From Microgenomates group bacterium Gr01-1014_16 (GTDB lineage Bacteria > Patescibacteriota > Microgenomatia > CAZETR01 > Amesbacteraceae): DNA of 64,000 nt. Of the stretch, positions 38,199 through 47,426 are shown piece after piece. Under the pieces are notes generated by a model, which saw only the letters and a list, made by a program, of their open reading frames with translations, made no database searches and had not been told where the DNA came from. The stretch lies in the NCBI GenBank assembly GCA_007376345.1, contig VMGA01000002.1:8309-72308 (forward strand). Reading direction: 5' to 3'. Every line of letters begins with the position of its first letter. Positions within the stretch are counted from its first letter, which is position 1. Made by a program: the position numbers and the translations under genes.

Positions 38199-38214
38199 AA
38201 TACTACCTAGTATT
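38199..38214. promoter_or_regulatory. Operator-like palindrome AATACTA-cc-TAGTATT, 8 nt upstream of the ATG; it is copied at 1363-1378
   Basis: The stretch aatactacctagtattagaaaatATG is 21 of 23 nt identical to aatactatctggtattagaaataATG at 1363-1388. Confidence 0.5.
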
Positions 38215-38221
38215 AGAAAAT

Positions 38222-38731
38222 ATGCATTATGTCTCGAGGGCTGGAGAAAAGTTAGAGTTTGCCCTGGCCACCTGGCACATTAATGTCACGGGTTTAATCT
38301 GTGCCGATTTGGGCTGTAGTGCGGGAGGATTTACGGACTGCTTGTTACAGCGCGGAGCGGCCAAAGTTTATGCCGTTGACACCGGATATGGTGTTTTGGA
38401 TTGGAAATTAAGAAACAATTCGAGAGTAATTGTCATGGAGCGAACCAACGCCTTGCATGTCAAACTACCCGAATTAGTGGATTTTGTATCTATAGACGTC
38501 GGTTGGACTCCACAGCGGCTGATTTTGCCCGTCGCTAAGACATTGTTAAAGCCCGGCGGCCAAATAATTTCATTAATAAAACCCCACTACGAAGCCAAAA
38601 AAGCCCACCTAACGCCCGACGAGGCGAAAAACATAGCCGACCAATTTGCCCAATTAGGCCAATTAGTCCAATCACCCATTACCGGTCAAAAAGCCGGCAA
38701 CGTGGAGTATCTCTTGCGTATGTTATACTAG
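38222..38731 (+). CDS. tlyA: TlyA family rRNA (cytidine-2'-O)-methyltransferase, lacking the N-terminal S4 domain
   Basis: SRAGEKLEFAL...DLGCSAGGFTDCLLQRGAAKVYAVDTGYGVLDWKLRNNSRV closely matches TlyA/FtsJ-like SAM motifs. Confidence 0.75.
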   Translation: MHYVSRAGEKLEFALATWHINVTGLICADLGCSAGGFTDCLLQRGAAKVYAVDTGYGVLDWKLRNNSRVIVMERTNALHVKLPELVDFVSIDVGWTPQRLILPVAKTLLKPGGQIISLIKPHYEAKKAHLTPDEAKNIADQFAQLGQLVQSPITGQKAGNVEYLLRMLY

Positions 38732-38735
38732 CTTC

Positions 38736-39169
38736 ATGCCCGAAGATTTGGTTCAACCCATCACTCCAATATCTACTTCGCCTCCCAAGTCTCTTTTATT
38801 TGGCGGTGCGATTGCAGTGGTAATTTCCGGCGCGGTTGTCGGATTTATTCTCACCAAAATTCCCGGACTTGGTAAAAACGTCAAAGGATCTTCGGCAACC
38901 ATAGTAAATACCGCCACCGAAGTTGGTTCTACCGATACCCAAACTTTCCGTGACTCCGCCCAGGGGACCCTGGAATCCGGCGGCCTAAACGGAGAGGGGA
39001 CTCACAAGTTGATTAGAGACGGTGGTCCCAGTCAGACAGTCTACATCATCTCTTCCATAGTGGATTTGGAACAATATGCCGGCTCCAAGGTCCAGGTCTG
39101 GGGCGAGACTATCAAGGCCCAGCGCGCCCCCTGGCTCATGGACGTCGGCCGGTTAAAGATTTTGGAGTA

Positions 39170-39170
<1 letters not shown>
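38736..39170 (+). CDS. Hypothetical membrane-anchored protein
   Basis: A 144-aa ORF with an N-terminal TM segment (LLFGGAIAVVISGAVVGFIL). No recognisable motif. Confidence 0.35.
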
Positions 39171-39839
<669 letters not shown>

Positions 39840-39847
<8 letters not shown>

Positions 39848-40718
39848 CCATTTTACAACCGCCGCCAATCGTATCCGCCGTTCACCCTACCAAACCCTGG
39901 CCGCCGTTTCTATTATGACCATGACTCTGTTTCTGGCATGCGCCTTCTTTTTGATCGCCGCCGGCTCTCAAGCCGTCCTCAAATATTTCGAGACCCGCCC
40001 CCAGGTCAACGCCTTCTTTGCCACCGATTTTACCCCTTCCGCCAGCCAGGTAGAAATCATCAAGTCTGATCTCGCCGCCACAGGCACGACCGATTCAATC
40101 ACATACATCTCCAAAGAAGACGCTCTGACCATTTACAAGGAGCTCAACAAAAACGACCCCCTGCTTTTAGAAGCTGTCACCGCCCAGATGCTCCCCGCGT
40201 CCATCGAAGTCACCGCTGTTAACCCTTCGGATCTCAAGCCGTTGGCCGACCGGCTCAAAGAAGTGGAGGGCATTTCTGACGTCCGCTATGCCGAAGATGT
40301 GGTGGGTCAACTGTCCAAGTGGACCGCTTCAGTTCGGGCTATCGGAATTGCCCTCGTCGGAGCCCACGTTTTCATTACCTTTACAATTATTATGCTCATC
40401 ATTGGGGTCAAAGTAGCCAATCGTCGCGAAGAAATCTCTCTTCTGCAACTAGTTGGCGCCACACCCGGCTATGTCGCTGCTCCGTTTATCTGGGAAGGGC
40501 TTCTTTATGGTTTGTCCGGGGCCTTTATTGCCTGGGGGGTTTCCTATCTGGTCCTGCTTTATTCCACCGGGTTTTTGATCGGATTTTTGACCGGAGTCCC
40601 CATTCTCCCCGTCCCTGTCATATTTATGCTCGAAGTTCTGGCAGGTACAATCGCTTTGGGAGCGTTAGTTGGCGGCTTGGGGGGATTTTTAGCCGTCCGC
40701 CGCTACCTCAAAGCATGA
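39840..40718 (+). CDS. ftsX: Cell division permease FtsX
   Basis: An N-terminal TM helix, an extracytoplasmic domain and three C-terminal TMs in the FtsX-like arrangement. It overlaps ftsE by 8 nt. Confidence 0.85.
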
Positions 40719-41812
40719 AGAAAAAACTTTTACTCCTCCTCGTTTACACTTTTACACTTTTACACACTTACGCTTTAGTGTCCGCAGACACGTTGTCCGA
40801 CAAACAAAGTCAGATCGATGAATTAGAATCAAAGGTTGCTTCACTTCAATCCCAAGCCAAAACCCTGGCCGGTCAAATCGCCTATTACGACGGCCAGATC
40901 GCTCTGGCCAACCTCAAAATTTCCCAAAGTGAAGATTTGATAACCAGCATTTCTACCAAAATCCGCCTGTTAGAACATTCTCTCCAGACCCGTGGGCAAA
41001 TTTTAGAAAGTCAAGTCAGGGAAACTTACAAACAAGGCCACCAGGATCTTTTGTCCTTATTTTTCTCCTCCCCCAATTTTTCCGCCGCCATCAATCGTTT
41101 CAAATATCTCCAGGTTGTCCAGGACCACAACCGCAAATTTCTCCACGATACCCAGGTCGTCCAAAGCAACTATTCTTCCCAAAAAGATCTCCTAGAGCAA
41201 TCCCGCGTCCGTCTGGAAGCCCAGAAAAAGTCCCTGGCCCTTATCCGCGCCGACCGGGACAATTTACTCACCCAGACCAAAAACGACGAAGCCGTTTACC
41301 AGAAACAACTAGAGCAAGCCCGCCTAGAATATGAAGCTATCCAAAAAGCGCTTATTGCTGGAAAAAAAGAGGGTCCAGTTAAGAAAGGCGATCCGATTGC
41401 GCTAGTTGGTAATTCAGGATATTGGGCACCTGATCCACGACAGGGTTGCTCTACTGGTAAACACTTACATTTTGAAGTCCGGGTGAACAACGATTGGATC
41501 AACGCCGAAACTTACGTCAAATCCATGACTGACAAATGGGGTTTAAATATCGGTTCTGGCAACTGGGATTGGCCCCTCCAGAGCCCAATCGAGATTACTC
41601 AACGCTACGGCAAAACCAATTACTCTTACGTGTATAAATATAGTGGGGGGATTCATACCGGTATAGATATGGTTTCTAATCAAGACGTAATCTATGCCGT
41701 AGCCGACGGAACTCTATATTCTTATACTGGCAAATGTGGTCCGGCCGATCTGAACATCAAATACATCGACCACGGCTCCAATCTCAAAACCTTCTACCTG
41801 CATATCCAATAA
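40715..41812 (+). CDS. EnvC-like coiled-coil protein with a peptidase M23 (LytM) domain whose conserved segments appear in permuted order
   Basis: ATGA overlap with ftsX. It has a signal peptide and about 200 aa of coiled coil. The segment VKKGDPIALVGNSGYWAPDPRQGCSTGKHLHFEV (an HxH block, normally C-terminal) precedes WPLQSPIEITQRYG...GGIHTGIDM...IDHGSNLKTFYLHI (the HxxxD block, normally N-terminal). Confidence 0.7.
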   Translation: MKKKLLLLLVYTFTLLHTYALVSADTLSDKQSQIDELESKVASLQSQAKTLAGQIAYYDGQIALANLKISQSEDLITSISTKIRLLEHSLQTRGQILESQVRETYKQGHQDLLSLFFSSPNFSAAINRFKYLQVVQDHNRKFLHDTQVVQSNYSSQKDLLEQSRVRLEAQKKSLALIRADRDNLLTQTKNDEAVYQKQLEQARLEYEAIQKALIAGKKEGPVKKGDPIALVGNSGYWAPDPRQGCSTGKHLHFEVRVNNDWINAETYVKSMTDKWGLNIGSGNWDWPLQSPIEITQRYGKTNYSYVYKYSGGIHTGIDMVSNQDVIYAVADGTLYSYTGKCGPADLNIKYIDHGSNLKTFYLHIQ

Positions 41813-41875
41813 TAAATCTTATAGTTAGCATAATTTACATTATTACGACGACCGCATAAATATTGTAAAAGTTGT

Positions 41876-42688
41876 GTGTGGTATATTCAGTTTATGATGT
41901 GGTGGAGCCTGATTCTCCTTTTTTTCCTCTCCACCTTCCCCGCTCTTGCCGTCACGATCACCCTCTCCAATGTTCCCTCTTCAATTTCTACAGACCCGTT
42001 TACTCTAAACGTTGATATTTCCGGCCCGAATCCCGGCACAAACTACTTACGCGTAGATCTTTTTAAGGATGGGACAAGTAACTATTTTGGTGAAACTAAC
42101 AATGGCTCAGTTTATTATGGCGGATCTGATGGCCTGCAATACTTTCCGGTCACAATTAACGCCGAAGGAACAGCTTCTGCCCAGCTCACAGCCAGAATAG
42201 GCAATCCTTCTCACACGGATTATCCTGGATCGGGTCAATATAAATTGAAAATCCGACGTTATACCTCGGCTGACAGTAACTCCTCGTCCAATTCGAATGA
42301 TGTTCAAATTACCTTCGACTGGCCTACTCCTACCCCTACCTCCACTCCCCAGCCAACGAGTCCCCCTGCTCCGACCAATACACCCGCCCCCACAACTACC
42401 CCCAAGCTCTCCTCCACCCCCAAGCCGTCAGCCACACCCACGCCGAAACCAACTTCTCCGCCTATTACAGTTACTGTTACTCTTACAACTCCGCAGGTTT
42501 TGGCCGAAGCCACCGAATTCTTCACCAACTCCTCCCCGACCCCAATTCCTGTTCCAGAATCAATAACCGATAACCGAACACCGAACACCGAACACCAATC
42601 TCCCCCCTGGCCGGCCTTTCTCCTTATAGGCCTGGGCGCAGGTGGCCTGGCCGCCTCCGCCTACCTCTTTTTCCGCTCTCGGGGCTAG
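41876..42688 (+). CDS. Cell-surface protein with a signal peptide, a Pro/Thr-rich linker and a C-terminal TM plus basic tail
   Basis: An N-terminal hydrophobic signal, a PTPTPTSTPQPTSPPAPTNTPAPTTTP linker, and a C-terminal LLIGLGAGGLAASAYLFFRSRG. There is a CCGAACA x3 microsatellite at 42571-42591. Confidence 0.4.
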   Translation: MWYIQFMMWWSLILLFFLSTFPALAVTITLSNVPSSISTDPFTLNVDISGPNPGTNYLRVDLFKDGTSNYFGETNNGSVYYGGSDGLQYFPVTINAEGTASAQLTARIGNPSHTDYPGSGQYKLKIRRYTSADSNSSSNSNDVQITFDWPTPTPTSTPQPTSPPAPTNTPAPTTTPKLSSTPKPSATPTPKPTSPPITVTVTLTTPQVLAEATEFFTNSSPTPIPVPESITDNRTPNTEHQSPPWPAFLLIGLGAGGLAASAYLFFRSRG

Positions 42689-42721
42689 ACTTAGGCTCTA
42701 TCTTATAGTACAATACTTATC

Positions 42722-42746
42722 TGCCCTTTCGGGGGTATTTTTTTTG
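42722..42746 (+). terminator. Weak rho-independent terminator after the surface protein gene
   Basis: gccc-tttc-gggg stem-loop followed by T9 (42737-42745). Confidence 0.35.
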
Positions 42747-42753
42747 TATCATT

Positions 42754-45700
42754 ATGGCTCAACCAACCGTCATTTTGCCCCGCCACCGACGGACTATGTT
42801 GGGTGCGGGCGTCTCTCATAATGGCCGGGAGTATATCACCCATTCCACCCTTCCCCACCACCTCTCTGCCCATATTACTCTAGTCCTCTGGCAGAAAATA
42901 TTTCTCCTCTTACTGTTACTGTTACTGCTTACAGGTTTATTCTTTTATCCCTGGGCCACCGCCATCGGATTCATAGCTGTTTTGACCGCCGTCTACTTCG
43001 CCGACGCCGTATTTAACTTCATTTTGATCTTCAAATCCCTCCACTTCCCCCCCGAAATCACCTTCTCGGATATTGAACATCGAACATTGAACATTGGACA
43101 TTTACCCACATATTCTATCTTATGTCCCCTCTACCGCGAAGCCCGCGTCCTTCCCCAGTTCGTCGAGGCCATTTCCGCTCTCGACTGGCCCAAAGCCAAG
43201 CTGGACGTCCTGCTTCTCCTGGAGGAGGATGACACAACCACAATCGAGGTCGCCCATAGCCTTAATCTGCCCTCATATTTCCGGACAATCATCGTTCCGG
43301 TTTCACAACCCAAAACCAAACCCAAAGCCTGCAATTATGGCTTGAGCTACGTCAAAGGTGAATATGTGGTCGTTTACGACGCCGAGGACCGCCCCGAACC
43401 CGACCAGCTCAAAAAGGCCTATCTGGCCTTCCAAAAAGTTCCGGCTTCGGTCACCTGTCTTCAATCCAAGCTCAACTACTACAACCCCCGCCACAATCTG
43501 CTCACCCGCCTCTTCACCGCCGAATATTCTCTCTGGTTCGACGTAGTTTTGCCCGGCCTTCAGTCGATCAACACCACCCTCCCCCTGGGCGGTACCTCCA
43601 ACCACTTCCGCACCAAAATCCTAAAAAAGCTTCATGGCTGGGACGCCTTCAACGTCACCGAGGACTGCGATCTGGGTTCCCGTCTTTTCAAAGCCGGCTA
43701 CACCACGGCTATTATCGACTCCACCACTTACGAAGAAGCCAACAGTCAGTTGGGTAACTGGATCAGGCAGCGCTCGCGTTGGATCAAGGGCTATCTCCAG
43801 ACCTTTCTCGTCCACAACCGCCACCCCCTGAAGTTTTTGCGCGACCACGGTTGGCATGCCCTCATTTTCCAGCTGATAGTCGGCGGCAAGATCGCCTTTA
43901 TGCTCATCAACCCCTTCCTCTGGCTCATGACCTTCGCCTACTTCACTCTTTATAGCTTCGTCGGCCCGGCCATCGAATCTCTTTATCCCGCTCCCGTCTT
44001 CTACATGGCCGCCTTCTCTGCTGTTTTCGGTAACTTTCTCTATCTCTACTACTATATGATCGGCTGCGCCAAACGCGGCCATTGGGATCTCATCAAATAT
44101 GTCTTCTTTATTCCCCTCTACTGGCTTTTTATCAGCATCGCCGGCTTCAAAGCCCTGGCCCAGTTGATCCTGCGCCCCCACTACTGGGAAAAAACCCACC
44201 ACGGCTTCCATCTTGACCGGGCCGAATCTTCCTTCCTGCGCTCCCAAATCATCTCCCGTTTCGGTTGGGTTCGTCCTTTAGCCGGGCATCGCCTCACCGG
44301 CGCCACGCTTTTAGTCGCCTCGGCCGCAGCCGCCAATTTCTTCAATTTTCTCTACAATGCCTATCTGGGCCGGGTTTTGTCCGCATCCGATTTCGGTTTA
44401 GTAGCCCTCATGGGCAGCCTGATATTTATTGTCAATCTTCCGATCGGCGCCCTCTCCGGAACTGTTTCCTATCGGGCTTCCTATCTCATTGGCAAGTTCG
44501 GTAGCACAGCCCAAGCCTTTTGGTCACTCATCCGCCGTCGCTCAATCATGGTCGCTATTTTGTGTGTCCTTGTCTGGCTGGTTCTCTCGCCCTGGCTGGC
44601 CGGTTTTTTCCGCTCCCCCGACATCCTGCCTTTTTGGCTCTTCGCTCCCATTTGGACCATCGCCTTCACTGCTGCCGTCGACCGGGGTTTCTTAACCGCC
44701 AACCTCCGCTTTTTCACTTTGGCGGTGGTCATTCTGGGTGAGGCCTTGTCCAAATTTGGCCTGGCCGTGTTATTTGTTCATCTGGGCTATCCCCAGCTGG
44801 TCTACGCCGCCATTCCTTTGTCCATGGTTTTACCGTTGGGCATTGGCTGGTGGGTAGCTCGCAGAACCACCTCACCCGTCGTTTTGGACCCCTCCCATAT
44901 TACCTATTTCCCCAGGCGTTATTTTGCCACCTCGATTCTTATGGGTCTATCCGCTCTTGGGTTTTTGAGCTTGGACGTGATTTTAGCCAAGCGCTTTTTG
45001 GATCCCGTCTCCGCCGGCAACTACGCCCTGCTTTCCCTGGTTGGCAAAATGATCTATTTCTTCGGCAAGCTGGTTTCCCAATTTACTATCCCCCTGGTCA
45101 GCCGGGCCGAAGGCGAGGGCGCCGATTCCCAAAAAGTCTTTCTGCCCATCTTTCTCCTGTCCGTTTTTGCTACTACTGCCGGCTTTGTAGCCTTAGGCCC
45201 ACTGGGCCATCTCACCGTCCCCCTCTTACTGGGCGCCAAGACTATCCCGATATTGCCATATCTCACTCTCTATTCCCTGGCCCTGGCTCTCTATACCATG
45301 ACGACTACCGTCATTGATTACCACCAGGCCCGCCGCCACTATCTTTTTCCCGTCACCGGTTTCTTTTTAGCCATTGCCCAAGTCGTCGCCCTGTCCTTTT
45401 TTCACGACCACCTATCCATGTTGGTCAACGTCATCTTTGCCTTGAGCCTGTTTTATTTCCTGCTCATTACCGGCCTGCATTTCACCTATGACGCAATAAT
45501 AATTATTTTTCACAACCTCCACGATTTACTGGACCTTTTTTTCTTGAGGCTCAACGGCCGCCGCCCCCTGCCCTCCGACAAACTGCGCATTTTAGCTTTC
45601 AACTGGCGGGATACCAAACACGTCTGGGCCGGTGGGGCGGAAGTATATTTACACGAAGTAGCCAAGCGCTGGGTCACGGCCGGACACACAGTCACTCTTT

Positions 45701-46755
45701 TTTGCGGCAATGACGGCCATGATCCCAGAAATGAAATGATGGACGGAGTCAAAATAATCCGCCGCGGTGGCCTGTTCACCGTCTATATATGGGCGTTTTT
45801 ATACTACGTCCTCAAATTCCGCGGCCGCTTCGACGTTATTATCGATTCCGAAAACGGCATTCCCTTTTTCACACCACTTTTCACTAGGCTTCCGGTCTTT
45901 CTTTTAATACATCACGTCCACCAGGATCTCTTTCGTTCAAATCTTTATTTCCCCATGGACAAAATAGCCATGCTTTTAGAAGGCAAACTTATGCCCCTGG
46001 TCTACCGGAATTCCCGAATCATCACCGTTTCCGATTCCTCCCGCAAAGATATTTTGTCTCTAGGCTTTTTCAAATCCGACAATATTACAGTCGTCAATCC
46101 CGGTATCGATCCTTCTATCTTTTACACCTCTCCCAAAACCCGCTATCCTTCGTTTGTCTATCTCGGCCGCATCCGCGCCCAGAAAAATATCGACGTGGCC
46201 ATCCGGGCTTTTGCCTCTGTTGTCAAAAAATATCCCAAAGCCCGGTTCTCCATTGCTGGCTGGGGTGACAAATTAGACGAATTAGCCAAATTAGCCAAAT
46301 CACTCAGACTGGCCAAATCGGTCAAATTCCTAGGCAAAGTCAGCGATGCCGAACGGGTCAAACTTTTAGGAAAATCCTGGGCCATGCTCCAGCCCAGCTC
46401 TTTTGAAGGGTGGGGGATAACGGTTATCGAGGCCAATGCCTGCGGGACTCCGGTAATAGCTTCGAACGTCCCCGGCCTGCGCGACTCCGTCCTCCACGAT
46501 GAATCCGGTATTTTAGTTTCTCTCAAGAACGAATTTGAATTGGCCGAATGTATGAAATTGTTAATTTCCCTTCCGGACTACCGCTCCCGCCTATCCCAAA
46601 ACGCCCTCGCCTGGTCCACCAACTTCAACTGGGACGTCAAATCAGCCGAATTCATCCGCGCCGTCTCAAATCGTAACCAGAAACAGGAGTTAACTATCCC
46701 GCTCGCCAAACCCGGTTTGGCTTATTCGTATGAATCAACTGATCAACATTCTTAA
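42754..46755 (+). CDS. 1333-aa fusion protein: processive GT2-type glycosyltransferase, Wzx/MOP-flippase-like polytopic domain, GT4 (group 1) glycosyltransferase
   Basis: The GT2 part carries the D,D motif VVYDAEDRP, the Q(R/Q)xRW motif NWIRQRSRWIKG, and flanking TM helices. The middle has about 12 TM helices, with GNYALLSLVGKMIYFFGKLVSQFTIPLVSR in the Polysacc_synt/Wzx style. The C-terminus is GT4, with EGWGITVIEANACGTPVIAS (the EX7E region). The reading frame is uninterrupted. Confidence 0.75.
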   Translation: MAQPTVILPRHRRTMLGAGVSHNGREYITHSTLPHHLSAHITLVLWQKIFLLLLLLLLLTGLFFYPWATAIGFIAVLTAVYFADAVFNFILIFKSLHFPPEITFSDIEHRTLNIGHLPTYSILCPLYREARVLPQFVEAISALDWPKAKLDVLLLLEEDDTTTIEVAHSLNLPSYFRTIIVPVSQPKTKPKACNYGLSYVKGEYVVVYDAEDRPEPDQLKKAYLAFQKVPASVTCLQSKLNYYNPRHNLLTRLFTAEYSLWFDVVLPGLQSINTTLPLGGTSNHFRTKILKKLHGWDAFNVTEDCDLGSRLFKAGYTTAIIDSTTYEEANSQLGNWIRQRSRWIKGYLQTFLVHNRHPLKFLRDHGWHALIFQLIVGGKIAFMLINPFLWLMTFAYFTLYSFVGPAIESLYPAPVFYMAAFSAVFGNFLYLYYYMIGCAKRGHWDLIKYVFFIPLYWLFISIAGFKALAQLILRPHYWEKTHHGFHLDRAESSFLRSQIISRFGWVRPLAGHRLTGATLLVASAAAANFFNFLYNAYLGRVLSASDFGLVALMGSLIFIVNLPIGALSGTVSYRASYLIGKFGSTAQAFWSLIRRRSIMVAILCVLVWLVLSPWLAGFFRSPDILPFWLFAPIWTIAFTAAVDRGFLTANLRFFTLAVVILGEALSKFGLAVLFVHLGYPQLVYAAIPLSMVLPLGIGWWVARRTTSPVVLDPSHITYFPRRYFATSILMGLSALGFLSLDVILAKRFLDPVSAGNYALLSLVGKMIYFFGKLVSQFTIPLVSRAEGEGADSQKVFLPIFLLSVFATTAGFVALGPLGHLTVPLLLGAKTIPILPYLTLYSLALALYTMTTTVIDYHQARRHYLFPVTGFFLAIAQVVALSFFHDHLSMLVNVIFALSLFYFLLITGLHFTYDAIIIIFHNLHDLLDLFFLRLNGRRPLPSDKLRILAFNWRDTKHVWAGGAEVYLHEVAKRWVTAGHTVTLFCGNDGHDPRNEMMDGVKIIRRGGLFTVYIWAFLYYVLKFRGRFDVIIDSENGIPFFTPLFTRLPVFLLIHHVHQDLFRSNLYFPMDKIAMLLEGKLMPLVYRNSRIITVSDSSRKDILSLGFFKSDNITVVNPGIDPSIFYTSPKTRYPSFVYLGRIRAQKNIDVAIRAFASVVKKYPKARFSIAGWGDKLDELAKLAKSLRLAKSVKFLGKVSDAERVKLLGKSWAMLQPSSFEGWGITVIEANACGTPVIASNVPGLRDSVLHDESGILVSLKNEFELAECMKLLISLPDYRSRLSQNALAWSTNFNWDVKSAEFIRAVSNRNQKQELTIPLAKPGLAYSYESTDQHS

Positions 46756-46774
46756 AAGAATTCGCTCCATCATT

Positions 46775-47425
46775 ATGCGGCAGATAAAACCTAGCCGCAA
46801 CTATTGGCTTGCCCATCGAAGTGTCCGACCACTTAGTTCCAAGTTTGGGTTCGACCGTGGCACTCCCATTGATCGATATTGGATAGAATCGTTTCTTTCT
46901 AAGCATCATCAGGACATTCAAGGGAGATGTCTTGAAGTTACAGACAGCAAATACACTACTCAATTCGGTCAACATATCATAAAAAGTGATATCTTGGACA
47001 TTAATCCCAAAAACAAACTAGCCACTATTCACGGCGACCTGCGCCATTTACCCAAAGTCAAAAGCAATACTTATGACTGCATTATTTTAACCCAAGTTCT
47101 GGGATTAATAGATGATTATGAATCAGCCATTGGGGAATGCCGGCGTATTCTCAAGCCTGAGGGAATATTGTTAGTCACCATGGCCAGTCTTTGTCCAACT
47201 TTTTACGAGGAGGGAAGTTTCTGGCGATTAACTACAGCCTCTGCCAAATTTGTTTTCAAAAAATATTTCAAACCCCAAAACCTTCTAATTCAAGGTTACG
47301 GAAATATTTTAACCGGTCAATGTTTTTGGGTTGGCATGTGCCAGGAAGAACTAACCAAGAAAGAACTCGAATATTACGACCCCAGTTATACATGTCTGGT
47401 CTCTATAAGGGCAGTTAAAGATTAA
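46775..47425 (+). CDS. Class I SAM-dependent methyltransferase
   Basis: CLEVTDSKY...KSDILDINP...YDCIILTQVLGLIDDYESAIGECRRILKPEGILLVT contains motifs I, II and post-II. The start is at the internal MRQIKPS, just after the upstream stop. Confidence 0.6.
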   Translation: MRQIKPSRNYWLAHRSVRPLSSKFGFDRGTPIDRYWIESFLSKHHQDIQGRCLEVTDSKYTTQFGQHIIKSDILDINPKNKLATIHGDLRHLPKVKSNTYDCIILTQVLGLIDDYESAIGECRRILKPEGILLVTMASLCPTFYEEGSFWRLTTASAKFVFKKYFKPQNLLIQGYGNILTGQCFWVGMCQEELTKKELEYYDPSYTCLVSIRAVKD

Positions 47426-47426
47426 T

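Noticed and set aside
43094-45317. Numerous 60-200-aa ORFs in alternative frames across the giant glycosyltransferase
   Set aside because: The Pro/Ala/Gly-rich translations are typical of out-of-frame reading of GC-rich coding DNA. The main frame carries all the recognisable motifs.
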